DNA of 64,000 bases from Tubulanus polymorphus (lineage: Eukaryota; Animalia; Nemertea). Below, one piece after another: positions 1-11,900 of this stretch. The translations under genes were made by a program, and so were the position numbers. The notes under the pieces are model-generated. The model was not told the DNA's origin. It did not search any database and worked only from the letters and a program-made list of their open reading frames with translations. The stretch lies in the NCBI RefSeq assembly GCF_964204645.1, contig NC_134029.1, forward strand, positions 5,022,001 to 5,086,000, given 5' to 3'. How positions within the stretch are numbered: the first letter of the stretch is position 1; each line of letters begins with the position of its first letter.

Positions 1-2209
1 TGTACACAACATCGACAAGAGGAGAGAGAAAGGGAAGGAGAGATCGGTGGAATAGGTTTTCACACTCAATCCTCTTGCCAATTCGCGAAACTTGACTACT
101 CTTTAAAACGCGAGCGCGTGTATTAATGAGGTGTAGTCTCGGGGAAACTGAATCCGACTTAGACGTCGATATACACAAATCGACTTCGCCGCGCGAGAGT
201 GGTTTCATTCACCGAAGACACGTTCGTTTGCAACCGAAACGAGAGAGACGCCTTTCAACTGTTGTAACTCATTGAGACTAAAACTTCTCTTGTAGTGTTT
301 CGAGTACAATTGACTGATCTATAATATTACACACACACATGTATCAGTACAGGGGCTGTTTACTTTTTACCGATCTTTTCATCGGGCAATCCCGTTTTTT
401 ACTGGCGTTCACAGCTACAATGCCCAAATTCTGTATCGGTTAACTCAGCTGGCAGCTGTTATAATCTCATGGCACCTACCAGGGTTCAGGCTAATTGTAA
501 GTTAGTTCTTCTTATTTGGCCAGCACCTGGAATGGATCTATTCCGAACTGGCCAAATCAATGCGGTGAATTCACAGCTCGTATGACTGGTCCAGCTTGAT
601 GTAACACTGATTGACAGGCAATTCATCGAAGCTAAGTTTCTATTAGCATAGAGAATCACAGTCTGTTCTAAAATCTAGATTCGAATTTAGGACTAAATTT
701 TAGAAGATTCTGAATAACACAGTGCGAACGTGGCTTACGACTTTGAAATCGGAAATCAGAGTACGAATCTTTCATTTTAAGCGCAGTTCATGTTATCGAA
801 GTGTTTTGCGAATGATCATACAGATATCGTGATCTGTTTAGGGGGTATCATCTAGGGTAATCCTGTGTATTGATTAAGACAAGGCTGAATTTCAAAGCAA
901 GTATTACTAAGAGTTTACAAGTTTATCACCTAGATATAAAAAAACTGGCCTGATTGAAGATACGTATCTAAATGGATCAATTTAGATCCATTTAAAATTG
1001 ATCCGTAGCCAAAGGCTATTTTAAGATATTCCAAACTTTAACACTCTTCTTGTCAAGACCGAAAAAAAAATATATGCGAGGTTTGAAAAATGTACACAGA
1101 GTACTTATAAAAGTGACAGACAAGCAACGTGAGTAGTCAAGAGTATAGCCGCGCTAGTTCATACCATTCAAAAATGCTATTATATTCCAAATTATGGATG
1201 CAGAGTGAATTTCTAGTACAAGTGAGCTTGACATTTCATACGAGACTGAAGTGCTCTCGACTAAAACAGGCAATTCAATAAGCTATTCAAATGTGTTACA
1301 CATTGGATAACACTTGTTGTCAAAAGAGAGCTCGATATATTGAAACGAGAAACTCCCTCGCCGCAGTTGACCTAGATGGCACCACGAGCTGATGGGACCG
1401 TTTAAAGAGAGGACGCTGGCCTGTGTTGAAGAAAAAACCCAGCCGTTCATAAATTAGCTTATTTTCGTCGGTCGACGTGTCAATCAAAGAACAGCTTCAT
1501 CCAATCATGTTTTGCATCGTAGAAAACCACCGGGTTCGCGGTGCTTCAATCCGGTAAACTCCCGGCGTATAGCGTAGATAGACAGCGCGTAGACCACTGC
1601 GCGCGGCACGCACAGGTAAAATGAAGCATTCTACCTGCCCTGCATCGTTCATTCAATCAATACATAAACCCTGCAAGGCAGATTAGATTCATAGTTAAGC
1701 GAACAATACAACAGAAAATCCCTAAAGCCAGCCAGACATGTAAATGTTCTTTCTTAGTAAATTGCATGTCCCCTGGCGATTCTAATTCGAAACATCCGAG
1801 CTCTCTCTCTCTCTCCAGCATTCTGCAGTAGGTGAGCAAAATCAACACAGATAGATACAACGCATGATTCGAATTCAAATCGTTTAGTTCCAACTACATT
1901 TCCATCAACTGGGCAAACAAGATTTCACCGGTGAGACGCGCCAGCACGAGTAGATCGGACACGGGTTCGATCTGTCGAGACGAACTGCCCTAAACAGATA
2001 TGAGCGACAGAAATTTTAAAAAAACTCAGCAAAGCTATCACTTCACGGACCACTAAGGCGCAGACCATAAGTCCTAATCTTATTGACATATTTCTTCAGC
2101 TGTGATGGATAGGTTTGGCTGACCGCAATTCCAAACGTAGCATACCTCAACTTGATGATCGTCTTTCAATAATGGTATAGCGACTAGTGGCTGAGCGTAA
2201 CTATAAGAT

Positions 2210-2499
2210 GAAAGCATTTTTGGCCTGGGCCAAATTTAAGAGAAGAAAGACCAAGGTTAACTGTTGACACAGGTGCCAAATGGACCCATGCCTGTTTGGC
2301 CCAGGCCAAATTTGGGATCGGTCCTGTGCCAACTCTTGGCATGGGCCAAATAAAATGATTGGGTGTGAATTGCAACTGGTTAAGCTAAAATATTGTGATT
2401 TATGTATGAACACGCTCTCTTATAAGGCACACGCCAAATTTGACTCTGGTCTGATCAATGCGGCCAGGGCCAAATCGTCTTAGTGTGATCATGGCTTAA
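2210..2499. mobile_element. Longer diverged copy of the GGCCAAATTTGG MITE family (relative at ~11900-12198)
   Basis: Shares GCATTTTTGGC..GGGCCAAATTT, GGTGCCAAATGG.CCATGCCTG and the terminal GTGTGATC..GGCTTAA with the other copies. Confidence 0.6.
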
Positions 2500-2596
2500 G
2501 TAGGGAGAAACATGGACTCTAAAATGCTTTAGAGTCCATGCGAGAACATAGCACCTCCCTGTGAGCTTGGAGAAATCAGGGTTACTCCAAGCTGTG

Positions 2597-2800
2597 AGCA
2601 CCTCACTGTATTCAGCACCTCCCTGTATTCAGCACCTCCCTGTATTCAGTACCTCCCAGCATTCAGCACCTCCCTGCATTCAGAACCTCCCTGCATTCAG
2701 CACCTCCCTGCATTCAGCACCTCCCTGCATTCAGCACCTCCCTGCATTCAGCACCTCCCTGCATTCAGCACCTCCCTGCATTCAGCACCTCCCTGCATTC
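2597..2800. repeat. 17-bp minisatellite (CAGCACCTCCCTGCATT) x ~12
   Basis: Head-to-tail units with no spacers. Confidence 0.95.
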
Positions 2801-4573
2801 TGGTCTGTACTCAACTCTCAATCTCTTTCAGCCTCTCTGAAGTCAATTTACGACAGTGTCAACACCGCGCGTACACACACACATCTGGCGCCGAGAGACG
2901 AGAGAGACGAGAGGATTGAATAGAGATTCACAGAATCGTGTTGTCATTGATCAATCTGTGTCGGCTCTTGATCCTGTCTGACAATACATGACTAATTAAT
3001 CCCCGCAATAAGAACGTGACGCCTGATATTTTACCCTCCTTCCCGATGAGGTCCGGTACAGCAAGCGCTGTCGTGAATAATCTGCTTCTATACGACCTTC
3101 TCTCTCTCTCTCTCTCTCTCTCGCTGAGGAGAATATTCAGCCGAATATCGATTTATGAGAGGTGTTGAGAGGAAATTGTTTTCGGTACGTTATTGTTTAT
3201 CAATGTTTTCCGGTGGTGTTCGGAGCGTCACGGCGGACAGACGCTCGCGCGGAAATCTTTTTTCAATAGTGCGTTGAACGTCATCGAAACGACGACACTT
3301 TTAGCGGATCAAAAATAGAGGGCGGCGGAATTATGCTTCGGAAAATTAATCTCCTAACGCGTGAGCCGCGATCACACGAGCATTTTTGGCACGGGCCTAA
3401 TTTGGCCATAAACGCCGGACCAGGCCTGAGCCATATTTTGTCACGGGTCAAATTATTGTGTGTGAATAGCAACTGGTCCCGGAAGTGACTCATTTCACAT
3501 TGTTTAGTATCAAGTGAGCGCTCTCTAATTAGTGCACAGGCCGAATTTGACTCAATTGTGGGGGTGGGAGTGGGGGGTTTGGTTGGTGGGGCTGATTCGT
3601 GCCAATTTGACCCACGGGGGGTGGGGGGAAGAGGAAATCATCACCATGTGTTCCGGCTACAGAATTAGATATACCTCGAGTATGAAAGCATTTGTTTATA
3701 TTCATGTACGTTTAAAGCATGTAGCTATAGAAATATCTACGTTGAAAGTGTAAGAGGGTATTTAGAAAAGTGGAATGTTCGAAAAAAGAAATCCCTACGG
3801 CATTGAAAACACTAGGCCACTAACTAGTTCGTAAGCCCCGCGTTGTTTAGTAAGCCAAACTTGTTGTACCTATGCGTTCTTTTCTTTTCAGCCAAGACCT
3901 TACAACCAGTTTACATTATATCGGTTTCTTTCCGAAAACTAACAGCGAGAAAGATAATGAAAAGAGAAGAAAGAGGAGAAACAGAACGCGGGAAGAACAG
4001 CCGTATGTACGGATAATTCCATGGAAGATAACTACTACAAAAAGTGCGGCCGGAATTCCGCGAATCGGCATCAACGCGAACCCTGGCTAGAAATCGATAT
4101 ACGAAACAATTTTAACAAGGTTGTTACGTCAATTCTAAACATTAATGAAATGCTTTTAAAACTACGCGCTTAACCAATTACCCCCGTTGACTAATTTAGA
4201 AATCAGTAAATGATTCATCCTATTAAAGTAATATTGACTCATTTGTAATAATTGCCGCTTCATTGGAAATTATTCCACATGCGGCCTAATTGCCGTCATT
4301 AGTGATAGCGCTCGGGGAAAAAATACTGAATACTGAAAATAGATATACCCAGGGTATTATTAACGTAGGCGCAAAAACAAAACCTCAGCTTTTTTTACTA
4401 GACTACAATCGTACAGTACGGAAATCTTCCGTCGCTTTACGAGGTTTTTTTCCACGTGAAAAAACCCTTTGAATCTTTTAAGAACAAGATGAAGAGCTAA
4501 TCAGGGCTAGGATTACTATATCGTTCCATAGATGTTCGAAAATCTAGCAATTTCGACTTGAATCTAACCCCAG

Positions 4574-4711
4574 GGGCCAGTTGCACAGTCGTGACTTAAG
4601 TCCAAATGTGGTCTTAAATCTTGAGACTGGTCTTACGTCGTTAGATTGGCTATAGAAGTAAGTTGATCTTAGATTGGTCTTAAGTCTAAGTCATTACTAT
4701 GCAACCGGCCC
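4574..4711. mobile_element. Palindromic MITE, PIF/Harbinger-like (CAG target-site duplication)
   Basis: TIRs GGGCCAGTTGCA...TGCAACCGGCCC flanked by CAG/CAG. Related copies at ~4715-5074 and ~18353-18482. Confidence 0.75.
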
Positions 4712-4714
4712 CAG

Positions 4715-5074
4715 GGCCAGTACCATAATGCTGATTTAAGTCCAAAAGCGATTCTAAATTTGAAGACTGGTGATAACAGGGGCTGCCAACCTCTGAAAAG
4801 TGCTTTCAGAAACAAATCAAATTTTTTTCAGAAACATAACGGAAGAAACTGTTCGAATTAATCAGTAATCAACAGTAAGACCCTGGGAAACATCTTTCCT
4901 ATTTCTGTATGCATCAAACATATCAAATCAGTATTTCTTGTTATAAAATAGTAACAAATACTGAAAATCAGGAACAGTTGGCAGCTCTACTCTTAAAGCT
5001 TGTTAGATTACTAAAGAGCTACATATGGTCTTAGACTGGTCTTAAATCTAAGCCATGACTATGACACCGAGCCC
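4715..5074. mobile_element. Second copy of the same MITE, interrupted by a nested TIR element (4777-4989)
   Basis: The left and right halves match 4574-4711. The insert is bounded by CAGGGGCTGCCAAC...GTTGGCAGCTCT. Confidence 0.65.
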
Positions 5075-5466
5075 CCGGGTGATTTCTTAAATGGGAAAAT
5101 GCAAAACCCGACGTTAAAAAAACGTGGATATCTACACAAAAACAGGTTTTTTCGCCATTTCGATTAGCCGGGGTGACATAATTCGATTTTTACGAGTACC
5201 CGCGAAATGTGGTGATTACGAATGGATGCAGTCATTTATCAATTATGAAGACCCATTTTCCACGACGGTCGTTACTTGTAAAGTGATCATACACGCATTA
5301 TATCAACAACTCCACGCAGACAGACAGACAGACAGACGTACGATTCATGCATATTCGAAACACTAATAATTCATCATTGGAAATGCATGATATGATCATC
5401 GACAAGATCGCTCGAGCATTTTTGGCCCAAATCGGGCCCGAGCCCGTTTAGCCCATACAAAATTCT

Positions 5467-5706
5467 GGCTGGCTGGCTGGTTGGCTGGCTGGCTGGCTGG
5501 CTGACTCCCCAGGTGACCCTCTACACACACTGTCATACGTTGCCGAAGTCTTCAGTGAGATTGCATGAACCTCGAACCTCGACTGACTGACTGACTGACT
5601 GACTGACTGACTGACTGACTGACTGACTCCCCAGGTGACCCTCTACACACACTGTCATATGTTGCCGAAGTCTTCAGTGAGATTGCATGAACCTCGAACC
5701 TCGACT
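5467..5706. repeat. (GGCT)n and (GACT)n microsatellites alternating with an ~80-bp direct duplication
   Basis: CTCCCCAGGTGACCCTC...GAACCTCGACT at 5505-5584 and 5627-5706 (one mismatch seen). Confidence 0.9.
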
Positions 5707-7471
5707 CTCTCTCAGTAAGCCAGCAGATCGTATTTCATGCGCGTCGTATTGCAGACATCTGACAGAATTATCCATTAAAAGCCGTTTTCATTAACTATAA
5801 GTGTGACGATTGAAAGGTTTGTTGCCATGGATACAATATTAATCGACCGAACGCTTTATTATACGACATAATCCGCGATTGTGCTCGGATTGTTCAAAGA
5901 CGACCGACTGCCGAGAGCCTCGCGTTCAGTCAGTGGTCGACGGCTCAACATGTCTCCTTACATCGGGGAACATGTCTTATATCTTTAGATATGAACTTTA
6001 ACAGACTGGGTATCTTGAATGTTAGTTTTATGCAGCATCAGACTACCTGATATCTCTAAGTTGTAGTAACTTTCACTAAAAATGAGAGCAAATTGACATC
6101 AAAAATAGGTTTAATTGAAAATGAACTAGAAATGATTCTGAGAGTATTTTGATGTTTTTGGGAATAGCTGAGCTCTGTAGAAACCGCTGTCAAATACAGT
6201 CGTAGATGGGCGTGTAACATATTTTTGCCCAATCTATTACAGGTCTTTGGAATTCTCCGCTACAAGAGGAAAAGCATGAAAGGAAAGAGACAGTTGGGTG
6301 ATGAGAGAGTGGGGAGAGAGGGAGAGGAGAGAGTGGGAAAAGGAGAGAGTGGGGTTGTCATAGTTTTTCAATACAAATGTATAGGGTTGTTTTTTATTCG
6401 AAAAGACCCAAATCTTATACGGACAACAAACACATCTTGAACGCGCCTGCCTCGTCCAGCTCGACACTACCACACCGACGTACTCGACCGAGTTTTCCAG
6501 TCCAAACTATTACAAGAAAGAGCACTCGGTTTGTAAGAAAAAGAGGCCCATATGTCAGCACCGCAGAATGAGTATATATACTTGTCAGCGCGAATGACAC
6601 TTCATATATGACTGAAGTAGAGCCATTAATGTACTTCACATTTGAAGGGCGTGAAAATGTTACAAGTACGTACAATATGCAATGTACATACGCTCGCAAT
6701 GTACATACGCTCCTCGTGCTCTCGCGATGATGATGTAAAGGGTTTGTATTAGTTAGTAATGCAGTTGGGTATAGGTAGGGCAACCGACCCCCGTGTATTT
6801 CATAAAGTCTACTCTCGACTTCGCGCCTATGTAATAACCCCAACACATATTACGATGTCAAGTGCCTTAATCATCGGTGAATTAGATATAGATTGTGTCT
6901 ATTGGGGAATTACGATAAAAATACACTATCCTAGAATATGCGGAATACACATGCATTTCTCAACTACTCGTCGACGGTCAAATTTAGGACCGCGATATCA
7001 TCGGTACCAGTAGCGAACAAAATTCGCGCGATTATTTTTCTCGAAATACAACCCCCGGATGTAATGACGTTCGAATATTACGTATCCATCGGTAATTGCG
7101 ATTGTAATGAGAACTCACACGCAGGCAGACGGACTGTGAGTGTCAAACACTCAATAAAATTTCGAGTACAGTTACTACAACACCGGAGTCCATTGAAAAC
7201 ACTGTCGTCAGCGTACGCTAAAGTTCTCGCCCGAATCGATACAACCGGAGACACGGTGCTACGCGAGCGTCACCTGGCGATAGAACCGCGAACCGTGCAG
7301 AGCGAGATTACGAGATGAAAGCGCGTTCCGCCGCAATAAACGACGCATAAATTGAAAGACCGCAAGCGGTACCCGCGCCGTGTGGTATTCCAAGATAATG
7401 GCAGAGTCGCAATTTCAATTGGGTTCCAAACTAGTGCGGTATCAATTTGCTTTTCAATAGGTTATTATCAA

Positions 7472-7472
<1 letters not shown>

Positions 7473-7517
<45 letters not shown>

Positions 7518-7529
7518 ATATATATCTAT
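7473..7529. repeat. (TA)n microsatellite
   Basis: AT dinucleotide run with two TC interruptions. Confidence 0.95.
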
Positions 7530-8099
7530 GATAGGAATAGATACATATCAATTATGAAAATTCTATTAACTTGTTCTCAAGGGAGAGACGTAAAGGCAAT
7601 TCATGAGTTAAAAAACACGCACGGCATATCAAATCCCAATATTCTATACCGGGAATATATACATATATTTACGAATTTCTTTTCGTTTTGTGTCATACGC
7701 TTCACAACTCACACGGCCCTCTCTCTTCTTATGAAGAAATTTTGGCAAGCCAACACCACCACTACCCCCTGACGTCTCATGTTTAACAATAACACATTCA
7801 ATGCGTTCTCGCCGGGTTTGTCTGCGACTAGCAATTGTGCAAACAATGCGCCGCCGCTCGAAATACACCCAGGGGTTAGACACTCGGATTTTAAACACTA
7901 CTTAACGAACCGGCGAGCCGTGACGAATAGCCCGGGCTACGAGAGAGGCCGGCTATTGTTTTGAGCGGGCAGCCACTTGCGCTCGAAAATATTTGGAAGC
8001 GTTTATTGTTCGAAGTGGGCAACATTAAAGGAAGGCGTGTCCCGTCGCTCGGTATTATTGTAATGGTTTTCTATGCAGCTCCGCGACGAGGTGAAATTA

Positions 8100-8260
8100 T
8101 AAACACCTGCTGAGCTCCGGGAGAGAGAACGGGCGCCTTTATAACGAATCACTCGACCAATAAGAAATCGGAGTCATAACGAGCCAATCAATGCCCGGCG
8201 TATGTTTCGAAAATCGACGCGGACCAGTTTTTGGGAGGATCTCTCTCGTTTAGAAGTGGT
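8100..8260. promoter_or_regulatory. CpG-rich promoter-like element downstream of SMG5
   Basis: CCAAT at 8157-8161 and 8184-8188, TATAAAG on - at ~8137-8143, and E-box CACCTG at 8104-8109. No associated CDS was found. Confidence 0.4.
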
Positions 8261-8969
8261 CGGGAACTCTCTCTCGTTCTGTCGTCGCTGTTATTTCTCT
8301 ACTCGTAGTGAAGAAGAATGGCGCGAAATGAAAGCGTGATTCAGAACTAGACGTCGTATTCATAATCATTCATACTTAAAAACGATGCTTTTGTCGAACG
8401 GCGATCGTTGTATGCGCGCGTATTTATTTTCATGTAGATTTTTCCAACCCCCTGACCGCGCCGTACGCATGACTGATCCGAAATCGATTCCCACGAAATT
8501 GTCTCCGCAAATTTGAAAAAGCCCGCATGAATTTCGAATGTTTATATCTAGATCGATGGCTTTTTGTCGATGCTAAAGCGGGATGTTTCGAAAAGTATTT
8601 GAATAGATATTGTCCGAAATCGCGAAATTCTGAACCCAGTTCCATACACCGCGGGCCAGTTTTTGTTTTGTCGGAAAACGAGTCAAAATTAACCGGGACT
8701 ATCTTAAAGGGAAAACCAACTTTTCGCCCCATCATTACTCGGCGGTTTTGTCAGTTCGTTGTATACAAGAAATAGTTCTAAGCTTTCAGTAAAACGATAG
8801 AGAGTGTTTCAATGTTAAACATCGACAAGAAGAACAAGTCTTTTCAAAGGACTCTCGAGTTACAGATGAATAAGAAATGAGGGAGTTCTTTTACCGTACC
8901 TTTTGAAGGTGCACACATCTCCAGGAGTTCTGCTCTCACTCTCTGCTCATGCCAGAGAGCTCAGCCACA

Positions 8970-11900
8970 TCAGCCTTTTTCACTGTGAGTGGCTTCTTTC
9001 CACTTTTTATAGAAGTCTTTCACACTTTCAACATTAATACCTGAAAAACGAAAAATTTTATGCCATGAGTCACGATAATTTCTTGAATACTGACGCAGCT
9101 CTGACCGGCTCAGAGTTGAAATTTCAATTGAAGGTTTAATGAAGTTTGAGTTGAGACCCCAGCATTCCTCTCCACAAGAGGTTTTAGAGGGGCAACCAGG
9201 GCCTTTCATTTTCACATCCACCCCACTAAAATCAGCCACCCCTTATAAAATATCTTCTGTCCCTACCAGAGTGGATGCCAATATTCTATCAATGATAATT
9301 CTATCTGATAATTGCTTTGACATATATTGAGCTAATGTGAAAAATAGAAGATGACGCTTAATTTTCTTGGGGGTTGGGGGGACTGTCAAATGCCTTGCTA
9401 CTTCAGCATCCACGGTGTCATACACAAAAATGAATGCAGCCCCTTTCAGTACATGGAGAACACTGTAACCCAGTCCTGGCTACCTAGATAAAACAATAGT
9501 ATGTTACTGAATAGAAGAATTCTTTCTGTCAACAGATGCTGCACAAATGAACATACTCAGACAAAACAATAGGCTTCGTTAAGCCGTGTGAAATGAAGGG
9601 GTAACTTTATCTGGTCGGAATCTAGGGGACTCAGCAGGTTGCTTAAAATTAGTAGCCACGGGGCGTCGAAGGCTCCCGATGTAGGTCTTCAACTCTGATT
9701 ACTGAATCACAGCAAGTACAGGATCCATTGAGTGACGCGCTGCACGCACGTTCACAATCAACCGGATTCACCTACACCTCTACATCAGCTGTCAAATACA
9801 CTGATCTGATCTGTCAAATACACTGATCTGACAGAGTGCCAAGCTGACCGGGGAACGAAGTCGTACAGAATCGCACTACGGAGAATAGAAATCTTTCATC
9901 GACTCACCCTCGTGTTTAACCGTATTGACAGCCCGTTTCAAACTGGCGCTCGTACCGGCAGTTTCTTCGGTCAGATTCGTCAACAAGCAGACTAAATCTT
10001 TCGGCTTACAGTCGGTGCGCTGCGCGGCGAAATACTTGCAGCAGTTGATAATCTGCATGAAATACCTGAAATATCATCAACAAAATACTACGAGAAATAC
10101 GGAATACGTATCGCACAAGATCCGGGCCCAGTAGAACAGTTGCGACATATGTCCAAAATTGATCTTAATGAGATTGATCGAAACTAATCAGGGTCTAGAG
10201 CAATAACATGTAAACAAGTTTTAGTCGTTGGGTTGAAAATTTCCTCACCAAAACCGCTGTTGCCCACCCGCCTTCATTTGTAGCCATTCTTACCACATGT
10301 CTGGATCTTTTCTTTTGAGATTTTTTGGCGGCGAAGCGTTGACTTTTTCGGAACTTTTCTGCGCCCTTACATAGCTGAAAGATCAGAGGATAATTCAATA
10401 CGGTTTCCTCTATAAAGACGGCCACGAAATGCCACACGAAGATATTCAGGAACACGCTGGATTCGGATGTGATGAGTAGCTTTAGTTATGAGTAAGAGTT
10501 TAATTAGTTCATTTATTCAACTGCAGGGGGTCGAATTTCAACCTAGAATCGCGGAACCGGGTCAAGAAGAAATAACATTGTACCGATTGCCTTTCTTGAA
10601 TTCGTTTTCCAGCCATCTGATCGCATCTCGAGCTTTCGAACTTTCCTTCTTCAAGTTATCGAGGTTGTCAATCACTGCAAATGATACGATTCTTAAGAGT
10701 GCTTACATAAAAAATCGGTTACGCAAAAATCCGCTAGATGGCAGCACGTAGTACGCCGTTCGCGCTCGGATGCGATTTATGTTTACCTGCTAATGGAATA
10801 ATGATGATGAATCTAGCGCTGTTGATCATAGATCTTACATTGTCTAAACCTTCGCACAACGCAGTTACATCTACTACGACGTACGGTGGAAGAATCGGAT
10901 GATTATCTAACTTCAACGAACCTTCCAGTTGATTCACTTCAGCCTGGAGTAGAAGAAAGCGTTTTTGATGGTCAAAGGTTTAGTGATCTAATACACTCAA
11001 TGCTCGATTATCAGCCTAGTCGAACTAATGCAGGTCGGCCACTTTCCGCCCATTTACAAATGCCCTGAGTTTTCTCTGATTTTTCTATGTTATTACACAA
11101 ATTTCCCTGAGTAAATTCTGAGGAATTCCTCGGTTTGAAATGATACAATTCATTCATTTTTTTCATCGAAGCACATATTGATAAAGAAACACACGGTCAA
11201 TAACACCATCCAAATTTTCCAGGTTTTTGGCAAACTTTGTCAAATTCCATGAGATTCCCCTGATTTTTTTCTAGAGTGTCAAGGGTTTCCAGGTCAGTGG
11301 CCACCCTGTAATGCACTCAACACTCGATTATCAGCCTGTTTCAACCAATGTCTCGTTGGTGGATAGATGGTGGTGGGCTAGATCAAGTCGATATGCGCAC
11401 CATTATCACCTAGCTTAACCTACACATATGAACGTGAATATAAATGGATTTTATGTGTATTGGGCCAGAGGTCGATTACCTGGGATTCAGAATCTGAGGG
11501 TGCAAGATAATCAAGTGTTGACTGTATTTACGAATTCATACCTGGAGCCTTAACTGAGCCATGTCGCGCATCAGTTGATTCCTCTTCGTTTCTGTATCCA
11601 CCTTAAAAATGAGAAAAACAAAACGGAATCAAATAAAAGCGATCGGATCGGCGCAAGACTAATCGAATTAGAAGTAGAGATATATCTATTCCTAGGATGT
11701 ACATAACGCTGCGTTTGATATGGCTTCGGATCTGAATCATAGCAAGTGTTTTTTTTTTTCACCGGTGGCGCCGTCGACCACGCCCGATAGGTAAGAGGAA
11801 GCGTAACAAAAAAAATGTCGGCTATATTCGCACTGATAATTCAACTGATAGACCATCCCGATTCATACCCGGCTTCACAATTGAGACAAGATAACCTCAC

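Noticed and set aside
2561-2923. 120-aa repetitive ORF, or a CRISPR-like array
   Set aside because: It is the translation of a 17-bp tandem minisatellite. There are no unique spacers, no cas genes, and the context is eukaryotic.
8938-8972. Stem-loop just after the SMG5 TGA as a readthrough or selenocysteine signal
   Set aside because: A second in-frame TGA follows two codons later (TGA TGT GGC TGA), and no SECIS element was recognised.
9041-9907. Telomerase RNA, 7SK, RNase MRP or snoRNA identity for the structured intron modules
   Set aside because: I found no CTAACCCT-type template, no GATC-GATC 7SK motif, and no complete C/D or H/ACA box set. The modules are left as unknown structured RNA.
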